NCBI GenBank assembly: GCA_963755715.1 | Contig: CAVWLW010000073.1 | Coordinates: forward strand, 29,720-61,719 | Direction of reading: 5' to 3' | Length of the DNA: 32,000 nucleotides | Source of the DNA: an uncultured delta proteobacterium | GTDB taxonomy: Bacteria; Desulfobacterota; Binatia; UBA9968 | Shown here: one piece after another, positions 9,776 to 18,243 of the stretch | Layout of the letters: each line of letters starts with the position of its first letter | Numbering within the stretch: the first letter of the stretch is position 1 | Translations under genes and position numbers: made by a program | The notes under the pieces: generated by a model | Databases searched by the model: none | What the model was told of the DNA's origin: nothing | The model's input: only the letters and a program-made list of their open reading frames with translations

Positions 9776-9817
9776 GCTTAACCTGTGCTTAACCAATCCG
9801 TAATCAAATTTTAGTAT
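9776..9817 (+). promoter_or_regulatory. Direct-repeat operator with 11-bp periodicity overlapping a candidate promoter (Pho-box-like architecture)
   Basis: GCTTAACC (9776-9783) and GCTTAACC (9787-9794) are exact repeats 11 bp apart. TTAACC, then a 17-nt spacer, then TAGTAT (9812-9817). It lies about 50 nt upstream of the phytase-like gene's ATG. Confidence 0.4.
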
Positions 9818-9863
9818 TATGAGCGGAATTAGTTCACGTCAAAGCTGCTTGAGGAGTGAAACG

Positions 9864-11222
9864 ATGGCGCAGGTTAAATTGGACATGCCGTACTTGAAAA
9901 TTATCCCGCCTGGGTTTTGGTTCGTACTGTTCATTGCCTTCGCCGCCCACCCGGCGCTGGCGCAAAATAAGGTGATCGCAACCTACACATTCCCCGAAAT
10001 ACCGATCAAGGAGTTTCAAAATAAGAAATTCCCCGGTTCCGTCGCCAACGACCATAAAGTTCTCTTGGGCTCGGTCGGCAGCGACCTGTGGCACGACCCG
10101 AAAGGTCCGCGTGACGAATTTTGGATGTTGACCGATCGGGGGCCCAATGGACAAATCGCCGTTGACGGAAAGAACCGGCGCACTTTTTGGGTACCGGAGT
10201 TCGATCCGACGATCGTCAAAGTCAAACCCGAAGGTAAAGCGATCCGAATCCTAGAGGCGATTCCAATTGTCGGCCAATCGGGCAAGCCCATAACCGGAAT
10301 GCCTAATCTCAAAGATGTCGACGAGACACCGTACAATTATTCGGCGCAGGAAGTGCTGCCTTTCAATCCCAACGGCCTCGATACCGAAGGTCTGGTCCGC
10401 ACCGCCGCCGGTGATTTCTGGATCGCCGATGAGTATAGCCCATCACTCGTGCACGTCGACCGAACGGGTAAGGTCATTAAACGCTACGTGCCCGAGGGAC
10501 TGAAACTCGAGGGCACAGACTATCCGGTTGCGAAAGTTTTGCCGTCGATCTACGGCAAAAGGAAGATCAATCGCGGCTTCGAAGGACTGGCGCTGAGCGC
10601 CGACGAAAAGACACTCTATACCGTGCTGCAAAGCCCGCTTTTGAATCCCGACCGTAAAATCGGCGATACCTCGCGCAACACCCGAGTGCTGGTATTCGAC
10701 ATCGCCAGCGAGAAAGTTACCGCCGAGTACGCCTACCGCTTCGACGTGTCGACGCAGTTCGATCCCAATCCCAAAAATACCCCCGACGAAATGAAGCTCT
10801 CGGGCGTGATCGCGATCAATCCGACGACGTTGCTCGTGCTCGAGCGCACCGATCTGGTCGCCAAGCTTTATAGTGTCGATTTCAGTGAGGCAACGAATAT
10901 TCTGAATAGCAAATGGAATGACGCCCAAACGGCTCCCTCCCTCGAAGCGCTGAGCGATCCGTCGGCCGCGGCGGTGCGGACGTTGCCCAAAACACTGGTC
11001 GTCGACCTAAGCTCTCTCGACGGTGTGCCCGAAAAGATCGAAGGCATCGCTTTGCTCGACGCGCAGACTCTTGCGATCTCGAACGACAATGATTTCGATA
11101 GCGAAGAAAGCAAATACGACAGCGAGGGCAATAATCTTGGCAAAGGCAAGAAAAGCCAGATCCTCTTGATCTCTCTCGACAAACCGCTGCCTTTACCGAA
11201 AGCCACCGTGTCCGCCCGCTAA
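9864..11222 (+). CDS. Secreted phytase-like esterase family protein (PF13449-type beta-propeller)
   Basis: The ATG at 9864 follows GAGGAG plus 7 nt. A signal peptide ends in ALAQN. Recurrent motifs DTEGL, FEGLALSADEKTLYTVLQSPL and KIEGIALLD...ISNDNDF are typical of this family. Confidence 0.65.
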   Translation: MAQVKLDMPYLKIIPPGFWFVLFIAFAAHPALAQNKVIATYTFPEIPIKEFQNKKFPGSVANDHKVLLGSVGSDLWHDPKGPRDEFWMLTDRGPNGQIAVDGKNRRTFWVPEFDPTIVKVKPEGKAIRILEAIPIVGQSGKPITGMPNLKDVDETPYNYSAQEVLPFNPNGLDTEGLVRTAAGDFWIADEYSPSLVHVDRTGKVIKRYVPEGLKLEGTDYPVAKVLPSIYGKRKINRGFEGLALSADEKTLYTVLQSPLLNPDRKIGDTSRNTRVLVFDIASEKVTAEYAYRFDVSTQFDPNPKNTPDEMKLSGVIAINPTTLLVLERTDLVAKLYSVDFSEATNILNSKWNDAQTAPSLEALSDPSAAAVRTLPKTLVVDLSSLDGVPEKIEGIALLDAQTLAISNDNDFDSEESKYDSEGNNLGKGKKSQILLISLDKPLPLPKATVSAR

Positions 11223-11374
11223 ATCCGGCAATGCAGCGCGATCTTTTCGCCTGGTAAGGTCGAGAAAGCCGCAACAAGCAACACTTCAAGAAAAATTTAC
11301 CTAAGCGTCGCCCACGCTTAACGCGGATGGGCGAATAGGAACCAGCAAATTTGACAGCGAAAGGATTGGTTCCT

Positions 11375-12688
11375 ATGCACAAACATCAACGACAATTCAA
11401 ACAGCCACGCGGCGCATCGAGATATGACGACCCGCTCGATTTCGTCGCGCGATTTACCCCGCCGAGCGAAGCTTGGTTACGCAGCGTTTGCTGCTTGCTC
11501 TTTCTGCTTCTGGGCGCAACGCCCGCCGTGGCCGCCCCGCACGACGAATTTCCCCATCCGTTGGTCATCGGGCATCGCGGCACGCACGGCTATCTGCCGG
11601 CTCACACCTTGGCGGGCTACGCCTTGGCGATCGAGCTGGGCGCGGACTTTATCGAGCCAGACTTAGTCGCGACTAAAGATGGCCAGTTGATCGCGCGCCA
11701 CGAGCCGAATCTGATTGCCACCACCGATGTCAGCCGACGGCCGGAATTCGCCAATCGCAAACGCAAAGCGATTATTGATGGTGCCGAAGAAGAAGGATGG
11801 TTCGCATCCGATTTCACTCTCAAAGAGATTAAAACGCTGAGGGTGGTTCAAGACTTCGCCGACCGGCCGCAAGAGTTCAACGACTTGTTTGAAATCCCCA
11901 CATTCGAAGAGGTGATCGCGCTCGCCAAGCGAAAATCAAAAGAAAAGGGCCGGACTATCGGCATTTATCCTGAGACCAAGCATCCGACTTATCATAAGAG
12001 CCTGGGCCTGCCGCTGGAAGCGCGTCTGGTCAAGATCCTCAAAGCCGAAGGATGGGATCATCCCGATGCGCCGGTATTCATCCAGTCGTTCGAACAAACC
12101 AACTTAAAAGAATTGCGCAAGATAACGCGCAACAGGCTCATTCAACTCGTTGACGCTAACGACGTGAACCCGGATGGCACGTTGGATTACACCGCGCCGT
12201 TTGACCGGCCCTACGACTGGACCGTTTCGAAGGACCCAAAGCTATTGAGCCGCACTTTTGGCTTTTTCGCCACTGACGAAGGGTTGAAGGAGATCAAGAG
12301 TTATGCCGACGGCATCGGTCCGTGGAAACGCTACATCGTAAGCACCGTGGCGGCAAACCTACCTGGGCCCGGCGAAGCGAGTCTCAAGCTCCTACCGCCG
12401 AACGATCTGATCGAGCGAGCGCACAAGGCCGGTCTGCTCGTTCACAGCTGGACTTTTCGCAACGAGCAGCGCCGTCTGGTGAGCGACTACGCGGGAAATC
12501 CGATAAACGAATACTTACAATTTTACGACCTCGGTATCGACGGCGTATTCTCGGATTTCGCCGACACCGCGGTCGCCGCGCGGGTTTTATTTAAGCTCGT
12601 GGACACTCCCGGCTTCGCGCGCTGTTTTACCGAGGGACCCGATAAGTTTCAACGCGCGGAGAGCTCCGACTGTTTGAATTTGGAATAG
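11375..12688 (+). CDS. glpQ: Glycerophosphodiester phosphodiesterase (GDPD family, periplasmic GlpQ-like)
   Basis: [47 protein letters not shown] is the GDPD catalytic N-terminal motif (HRG...E.D...H). A hydrophobic export segment precedes it. The ATG at 11375 follows AAGGA. Confidence 0.85.
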   Translation: MHKHQRQFKQPRGASRYDDPLDFVARFTPPSEAWLRSVCCLLFLLLGATPAVAAPHDEFPHPLVIGHRGTHGYLPAHTLAGYALAIELGADFIEPDLVATKDGQLIARHEPNLIATTDVSRRPEFANRKRKAIIDGAEEEGWFASDFTLKEIKTLRVVQDFADRPQEFNDLFEIPTFEEVIALAKRKSKEKGRTIGIYPETKHPTYHKSLGLPLEARLVKILKAEGWDHPDAPVFIQSFEQTNLKELRKITRNRLIQLVDANDVNPDGTLDYTAPFDRPYDWTVSKDPKLLSRTFGFFATDEGLKEIKSYADGIGPWKRYIVSTVAANLPGPGEASLKLLPPNDLIERAHKAGLLVHSWTFRNEQRRLVSDYAGNPINEYLQFYDLGIDGVFSDFADTAVAARVLFKLVDTPGFARCFTEGPDKFQRAESSDCLNLE

Positions 12689-12715
12689 CGGATCCTTTCT
12701 TCTTGGGGGCGAATC

Positions 12716-12760
12716 GAGGGAGGGCTGGACAATCCAGCCCCTCCCTCTTTTTATTTCTTT
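12716..12760 (+). terminator. Rho-independent terminator after glpQ
   Basis: GAGGGAGGGCTGG-ACAAT-CCAGCCCCTCCCTC forms a GC-rich stem and is followed by TTTTTATTTCTTT. Confidence 0.85.
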
Positions 12761-12897
12761 CGATTTCTAGTCCTCGGACACGCACCACGCTCGTGATGGG
12801 CTGTTACGCAGACTTCGTTCATTTGTAACCCACGCGACATATGCGTGGATTATTTTACCGCAAGATCGAGGGCGCTCTTTCGGGTATTTAGCGCCTC

Positions 12898-13407
12898 ATG
12901 CGCGGCGTACCTGCGGTCGCGCACATGGCCATGACGATGATGATGCAGCCGAAAAATTTATCCGGGTCCCGATCCGAAGCGACAAATCAGCGACACCTTT
13001 GTCTCGTCACGGAGACTTATCCGCCTGAAGTCAACGGCGTCGCTCAGACGATGGCGCACCTGATGGACGGTTTGCGCTTGCAGGGCTACTCGGTATCGCT
13101 GGTTCGGCCGCGCCAGCACAGCTTCGACGGCTCCGATTATCGTTATCAGCCCGGCGCCACATTGGTTCGGAGTCTACCGTTGCCCGGCTATCGCGGATTG
13201 CACATCGGCGTGCCCGCCAGCGCCGCGCTGCGGCGTTGTTGGACCGAGCGCCGCCCGGATATCATCTATGTCGCGACCCAAGGTCCGCTGGGCTGGTCGG
13301 CGGTTAGCACTGCGCGTCAGCTCGGACATACCCGTGTTCAGCGGCTTTCCACACCAACTTCGACGCCTATTCGAAGCACTATCATGCCGGCTGGCTGCGC
13401 TTTTTGA
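12898..13407 (+). CDS. GT4 (GT-B, retaining) glycosyltransferase, N-terminal fragment of a frame-disrupted gene
   Basis: LVTETYPPEVNGVAQTM is the typical GT4 N-terminus. After ...ARQLG (about nt 13327) the family-like sequence IPVFSGFHTNFDAYSKHYHAGWLRFLIWRYL continues one base out of frame, into ORF 13404..14204. The start codon is uncertain because there are several ATGs between 12898 and 12945. Confidence 0.75.
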   Translation: MRGVPAVAHMAMTMMMQPKNLSGSRSEATNQRHLCLVTETYPPEVNGVAQTMAHLMDGLRLQGYSVSLVRPRQHSFDGSDYRYQPGATLVRSLPLPGYRGLHIGVPASAALRRCWTERRPDIIYVATQGPLGWSAVSTARQLGHTRVQRLSTPTSTPIRSTIMPAGCAF

Positions 13408-14204
13408 TCTGGCGCTATTTGTCCGCTTTTCATAACCGTACGGCCGGCACCTTGGTGCCCTGCGCCGAGCTGCGCGGTCGATTGCAGGCGATGGGATTGC
13501 GCAACATCGGCGTGCTCGGCCGCGGCGTCGACGCTGAGCTATTCACGCCGCGCCGGCGCAATTTGGCCCTGCGGCGCGCCTGGCGCGCCGCGCCGGATGA
13601 TTTGGTGGCCTTGTACGTCGGGCGGCTCGCGCCGGAAAAGAACCTGAACCTTGCCATAGAATCCTATCGAGCGATGCAGCGCGTCAACGCCGCCGTGAAA
13701 TTCGTCCTCGTCGGCGACGGCCCGCTGCGCGCCGCGCTGCAAAAAAAACATCCCGATCTTATTTTCTGCGGCATGCGCACGGGCGAGCGATTGGCCGAGC
13801 ATTATGCTTCCGCGGATGTCTTTCTTTTTCCGAGCGAGACCGAAACCTTCGGCAACGTAACGTTGGAAGCGCTGGCAAGCGGACTGGCCGTCGTCGCCTA
13901 TGATTACGCCGCCGCGCGGCTGCACATCAAAAACGGCACGAACGGCATCCTCGTGCCTTATGGAGAGGCGCTCGCCTTCGTCGATGCCGCGGCGAAACTG
14001 GCGCGCGCACCTCAAGCGCTCGCTGACATGCGCCAACAAGCCCGCCAGCATGCCGCGTCTCTCGACTGGCAGCTAGTGGTTAAAAGATTCGCCGCGTTCC
14101 TGCTGGGCGATCCGGCGCGGCTTCCTAGTGCGAGCAGCGACAGGAAGGCTGAATCTATCGAGACCATACCGGCCTATTACCGGCGCGGCCTAACCTTGCC
14201 ATGA
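13404..14204 (+). CDS. GT4 glycosyltransferase, C-terminal fragment
   Basis: YVGRLAPEKN, and PSETETFGNVTLEALASGLAVVA containing the EX7E motif. It reads as one gene with 12898..13407. Confidence 0.8.
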   Translation: MIWRYLSAFHNRTAGTLVPCAELRGRLQAMGLRNIGVLGRGVDAELFTPRRRNLALRRAWRAAPDDLVALYVGRLAPEKNLNLAIESYRAMQRVNAAVKFVLVGDGPLRAALQKKHPDLIFCGMRTGERLAEHYASADVFLFPSETETFGNVTLEALASGLAVVAYDYAAARLHIKNGTNGILVPYGEALAFVDAAAKLARAPQALADMRQQARQHAASLDWQLVVKRFAAFLLGDPARLPSASSDRKAESIETIPAYYRRGLTLP

Positions 14205-14223
14205 AAAACGGGAGGGCACAGAG

Positions 14224-16491
14224 ATGCTAATGGAAGACACAATCCAGCGGTGGACGGCCTGCGTCGATGCGCGCACGATCGAGACCTGTCGACTTGATTC
14301 GATGGACGGCTGGTTTCTGTTGGGCCTTTTTCTCCTTGTCTTGCTCGCGATCTACGCGTGCCGAAAGGTTTTGACCCTTATCCTGACCTGGCGCGCGCTG
14401 GCTTGGCTGCCAAGCTTGTCGCGGCGCTTGTCGAATTGGGTGAAAGCGCGCGACTACACGGAAGAGGAATTTTTTCGCGCTGACGGCGCGGCAGGTCCGT
14501 GGGTTGAGCGACGCAAACAGGCTCTCGACCAGCTCGCCGCCCTTCTCCAGACGCAGCATCAACAGTCGATTGCTTGGGCCAAGGCGCTCTGCGACAGCTT
14601 TTCGGATCTCCGTTTCACCGACGCCAATCGAGTGCCGTTTCCCTTCGCGCGCGTGATGCGCGAAAAATTTAACCTTTGCTCCGTGGTCACGGCGTCGCAA
14701 GGTCCGCGACTAAAAAACCTCGACGGTCATTGGACGATCGACGTGAGCGGTTCCTATGGCGTCAACGTCGCGGGCTTCGACCGTTACAAAGAGTGGATCG
14801 AAAAAGGTTGGGAGCGGGTCAAAGATCTCGGCGCGGTGTTGGGGCCGGTGCACCCGATCGTGGCCGACAATATTGCTAGGCTCAAGACCCTTTCGCACAT
14901 GGACGAAGTGTCGTTTCACATGAGCGGCACCGAGGCGGTCATGGCCGCCGTGCGCCTGGCCCGTTTCAATACGCGGAGAAAACTGATCGTCTGTTTTTCC
15001 GGTGCCTATCACGGCTGGTGGGACGGCGTGCAACCGGGGCTGGGCAGCGAGCGCCCCCTGGACGATTGTCTCACCCTCAAGGACCTCGATCCGAAATCGC
15101 TGGACGTGATCCGCCGCCGCGCGCGAGAAATCGCCGGCGTGCTGGTCAATCCGGTGCAATCGTTTCATCCCAACTCGCCGCCGCCCAACGATGCGATCCT
15201 GCTCACCAGCGATGTCCGGAAAACCGAGGACTCCACCGCGCGCTATGCCGAGTGGCTGCGCCAGTTGCGCGAACTGTGCAGCGCCTATGAGATTCCGCTG
15301 ATTTTCGACGAAGTCTACTCCGGCTTTCGCCTCGCCCCTGGGGGCGCGCAGGAATACTTCGCCGTGCGCGCCGATATGGTCGTGTACGGGAAAACCGTGG
15401 CGGGCGGCCTGCCGATCGGCGTCGTGTGCGGCAAGAAAACACTGATGCGGCGCTTCGATCCGAAGTTGCCCATGCGCATCGCCTACGTTGTCGGCACGTT
15501 TTCCGGCCATCCGGGCGTGATGGGCGCGATGAACGAATTTTTGCGCTGGGTGAGCGCGACGGATACGGCAAAACTGTATGAGGAATCGAATCGGCGTTGC
15601 ACCGAATGGGTGCGCGCGACCAATCAAAAATTGGTCGCTGCCACGCTGCCCCTGCGCCTGGTGAACCTGGCGACGATATGGACGGTGCTCTTCAAAGAAC
15701 CCAGCCGCTACAATTGGCTGCTGCAGTACTATCTGCGCGCCGAAGGGGTCACGCTCAGTTGGGTCGGCACCGGGCGCTGCTTAAGCAGCATGGACTTTAC
15801 GAATGATGACTATCTTGCCTTGCAGGAAAAACTACTCAACGCCGCGCGCCAGATGAAAAGTGACGCCTGGTGGTTGACCGCAAAAGAATATCCGGGAAGG
15901 GAGAAAAATATGCGCACGCGTCTCATACGGGAAATGTTGGGGAGTCTGGTTCAAGTGCCCAAGCCTTTGACGACCTTTTATGCGGAAGTGATGCGGCGAA
16001 AAGCAGACGATCATCACGCTTCGCACAGCAATGGAATCAACCAATTTTTTCATCTGTTGAGCTCCAGCGTCTTTATTTATTGCTACATTTTGGCGTTTGC
16101 CGATCTCACCACGGCGATGTGTTTAGGATTGGCTTCCCTGTTTGTGCGCCAATTCGGCCACGCGATCTTGGAGCCCCCTTGCCACGACAAGGAAGCTTTG
16201 CTGTTGGGTTACAACACGCGCAATAAGACGCTGATCGTGCTCGGCTATGTAGCGATTCCGATCGTTCAGATGATGCAGGCCGGCGCGTGGTCGCTGACGG
16301 TCTTTAGAGCGCTCATTGCTCCCATCGCGCTCAATTGGTTTCTTTGGACGCTGCTCGTAGTGCTCGGACGGGTAACTTATCTCGTGTGGAAACACGACTT
16401 TCGCATCTCGATGATTTGGTTTATCAAACTGATTACCGATCCTTTGACCGATATCTTTGCCTATTTTCCGCGCTGGCCGCAGCGCGCCTGA
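14224..16491 (+). CDS. Membrane fusion protein: N-terminal TM helix + class III (HemL-like) PLP aminotransferase/aminomutase + C-terminal Mpo1/DUF962-like polytopic domain
   Basis: GGGAGGG plus 7 nt precedes the ATG. TM segment: WFLLGLFLLVLLAIYA. HemL-like motifs: SGTEAVMAAVRLAR, DEVYSGFRL, GKTVAGGLPIG (PLP lysine context). C-terminal: HSNGINQFFH (HxNxxNxxxH) and QFGHAILE within four or more hydrophobic segments, as in Mpo1-like proteins. Confidence 0.8.
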   Translation: MLMEDTIQRWTACVDARTIETCRLDSMDGWFLLGLFLLVLLAIYACRKVLTLILTWRALAWLPSLSRRLSNWVKARDYTEEEFFRADGAAGPWVERRKQALDQLAALLQTQHQQSIAWAKALCDSFSDLRFTDANRVPFPFARVMREKFNLCSVVTASQGPRLKNLDGHWTIDVSGSYGVNVAGFDRYKEWIEKGWERVKDLGAVLGPVHPIVADNIARLKTLSHMDEVSFHMSGTEAVMAAVRLARFNTRRKLIVCFSGAYHGWWDGVQPGLGSERPLDDCLTLKDLDPKSLDVIRRRAREIAGVLVNPVQSFHPNSPPPNDAILLTSDVRKTEDSTARYAEWLRQLRELCSAYEIPLIFDEVYSGFRLAPGGAQEYFAVRADMVVYGKTVAGGLPIGVVCGKKTLMRRFDPKLPMRIAYVVGTFSGHPGVMGAMNEFLRWVSATDTAKLYEESNRRCTEWVRATNQKLVAATLPLRLVNLATIWTVLFKEPSRYNWLLQYYLRAEGVTLSWVGTGRCLSSMDFTNDDYLALQEKLLNAARQMKSDAWWLTAKEYPGREKNMRTRLIREMLGSLVQVPKPLTTFYAEVMRRKADDHHASHSNGINQFFHLLSSSVFIYCYILAFADLTTAMCLGLASLFVRQFGHAILEPPCHDKEALLLGYNTRNKTLIVLGYVAIPIVQMMQAGAWSLTVFRALIAPIALNWFLWTLLVVLGRVTYLVWKHDFRISMIWFIKLITDPLTDIFAYFPRWPQRA

Positions 16492-16530
16492 TCCAGCTTC
16501 GCCATATCTCAGGACGAAACACCTTGTCAC

Positions 16531-17067
16531 GTGAGTCTATGGATCTTTCTTTGTGCCGCGGCATTGCTGAGCCTGGAGCGGATTTGCTACCTGTGGATTT
16601 GGCGCGCACCCGGAGCTTTCTGTGCCCTGTGCGCCCGTCCCGCAATCACGCGGATCGGCACGCCGGTCGATGTCTTACAGTTCCTTTTTTGTGGCTTCAA
16701 GATACTGCAATGCGCCGTGTTTCTCGCTTGGTGTTTTGCCTATGGAAACGGATCGCTGTGGCCGCCCAGCAGCGATCCGCTGTCCTTGACGCTTGGAGCG
16801 GCGCTCTTGATCGGCGGTCAAATCCTCAATATCAGCGTGTTCTATCGCCTGGGCAAGGTCGGGGTATTTTATGGCAATAAGTTCGGCTACCCAACGTCTT
16901 GGGTGCGCAAGTTTCCGTTTTCGTGTTTAAGACATCCCCAGTATATCGGCGCTTTGCTGTCCATCTGGGGGTTTTTCTTGGTGATGCGTTTTCCCCAGGA
17001 CGATTGGTATATCCTGCCCGCACTCGAAACGCTGTATTACGTTCTCGGCGCGTATTGGGAGCAATAA
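16531..17067 (+). CDS. PEMT/Opi3-type membrane methyltransferase (phospholipid methyltransferase family)
   Basis: Polytopic 178 aa protein. LGKVGVFYGNKFGYP....FPFSCLRHPQYIGALLSIWGF matches the PEMT pattern LG..G.Y.GD.FG....FPF...(N/H)P.Y.G. GTG start 39 nt after the upstream stop. Confidence 0.7.
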   Translation: MSLWIFLCAAALLSLERICYLWIWRAPGAFCALCARPAITRIGTPVDVLQFLFCGFKILQCAVFLAWCFAYGNGSLWPPSSDPLSLTLGAALLIGGQILNISVFYRLGKVGVFYGNKFGYPTSWVRKFPFSCLRHPQYIGALLSIWGFFLVMRFPQDDWYILPALETLYYVLGAYWEQ

Positions 17068-17089
17068 TTGGAAACCTGCGCGACCCTGT

Positions 17090-17425
17090 TCAATGGGCAC
17101 CGATGCAGCGCTTGCTTTCGGCTTCGATCTCCCAGGCCTGCAAGCATCTACGAATCCCATGCGCGCTCAAGCCGAGCACGGCGCATATGGACTCGAAGGA
17201 ATACAGATCCTCGCGATCGTTTTGAAAAAACCACGCACGATCGGCTTTGAACAATTTATTCGGGTTATGCAAATTTTTGCGAAAGTTCAGCAAGGCATCC
17301 TTCAATACGGCCAGCATGAGATCGCACTCCGGAAGCGCATGTTCGTTGCTTCTAACTGTACGCCAAAAAATAGCGCTCTCCACGTCGTCGCTTTCTGGGT
17401 ATTGAATCGTTGAGATCAAATCCAT
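17090..17425 (-). CDS. Small hypothetical protein with a possible C-terminal helix-turn-helix
   Basis: ATG preceded by AAGGAG plus 7 nt. SFESICAVLGLSAHGIRRCL resembles an HTH. No family recognised. Confidence 0.5.
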   Translation of the reverse strand: MDLISTIQYPESDDVESAIFWRTVRSNEHALPECDLMLAVLKDALLNFRKNLHNPNKLFKADRAWFFQNDREDLYSFESICAVLGLSAHGIRRCLQAWEIEAESKRCIGAH

Positions 17426-17709
17426 GGCGCTGCTCCTTTCCGATCGAATCTAGGCTCGCGCATTTCCGGCTACCGATCCCAATGGCCGTCAAGATCGCGA
17501 CACCGCCGTCAAAGGTCAGTATTGTGGATACCAACGGTTACGGTGAGATTAACACGCCGCTAAATTTGCCGACGTTTGCTCCGCCGCTTGAGCCGCCGAG
17601 CCACATCGGTAGCTTTATCTCGGTTCGGTTACAACGTTCCTGACAGCTACGATTTGAAGCTCAAACGGGCGCCACAGACACTCCGCTGTCGCGTTCATTC
17701 GATTCCAAG

Positions 17710-18243
17710 TCAAAAACTCTCGGCGATCTCTCCAAGCACAGGCACTCGCCACACGGGTGTGGAACGCGTGGACTGATGAGGTTCGATCGAAAGAACCGGA
17801 CAAGGCGCGTTCCTGCTGACAGTTTCAGCGATGCGGCGCGTGAAAAACCGAGTGAGCGCGCTTTTTTTGCGCCGGGACAAAACGATCAGATCGACATCCT
17901 CCTGGATTGCTGCGACAACAATTTCCTCCGCCGCTCTACCCTGCCCTGCCCTGGGTTTCCACGCGACGCCGCTACTTTCAGCGCCGAACGTGGCACAGAC
18001 AAACTGCCTCACGCGGTATTCGGCTTCCGTGAGAAGCTGATCCGTTTTGAACTTGGACAGCAGTTGCGACCATTGATAGTAAGGCTCCACTTCACAGCAA
18101 GCGTATTGGCTCAGACGGGGAAACAACGTCGCATGGAAAATAATCAGTTGAGCACGATTTTTTTTAGCCAGCGAGAGCCCGTAAGCAATCCCGTCTTTGG
18201 AATTGACCGTGAGATCCGTCGGGCAGAGAATTCTTTGACTCAT
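17710..18243 (-). CDS. Universal stress protein (UspA family)
   Basis: The ATG at 18243 follows AGGAGG plus 7 nt. ILCPTDLT...IIFHA N-terminus and DLIVLSRRKKSALTRFF..RIAETVSRNAPCPVL C-terminus. Confidence 0.75.
   Translation of the reverse strand: MSQRILCPTDLTVNSKDGIAYGLSLAKKNRAQLIIFHATLFPRLSQYACCEVEPYYQWSQLLSKFKTDQLLTEAEYRVRQFVCATFGAESSGVAWKPRAGQGRAAEEIVVAAIQEDVDLIVLSRRKKSALTRFFTRRIAETVSRNAPCPVLSIEPHQSTRSTPVWRVPVLGEIAESF

Noticed and set aside
14710-15627. 305-aa ORF on the minus strand
   Set aside because: It lies entirely antisense to the well-supported aminotransferase domain. It has Arg/His/Gly-rich low-complexity composition typical of shadow ORFs in GC-rich DNA. No motifs and no SD.
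17988-18005. TGGCAC hexamer suggesting another sigma-54 promoter
   Set aside because: It lies inside the USP coding region, and the -12 position reads AACT rather than TTGC.
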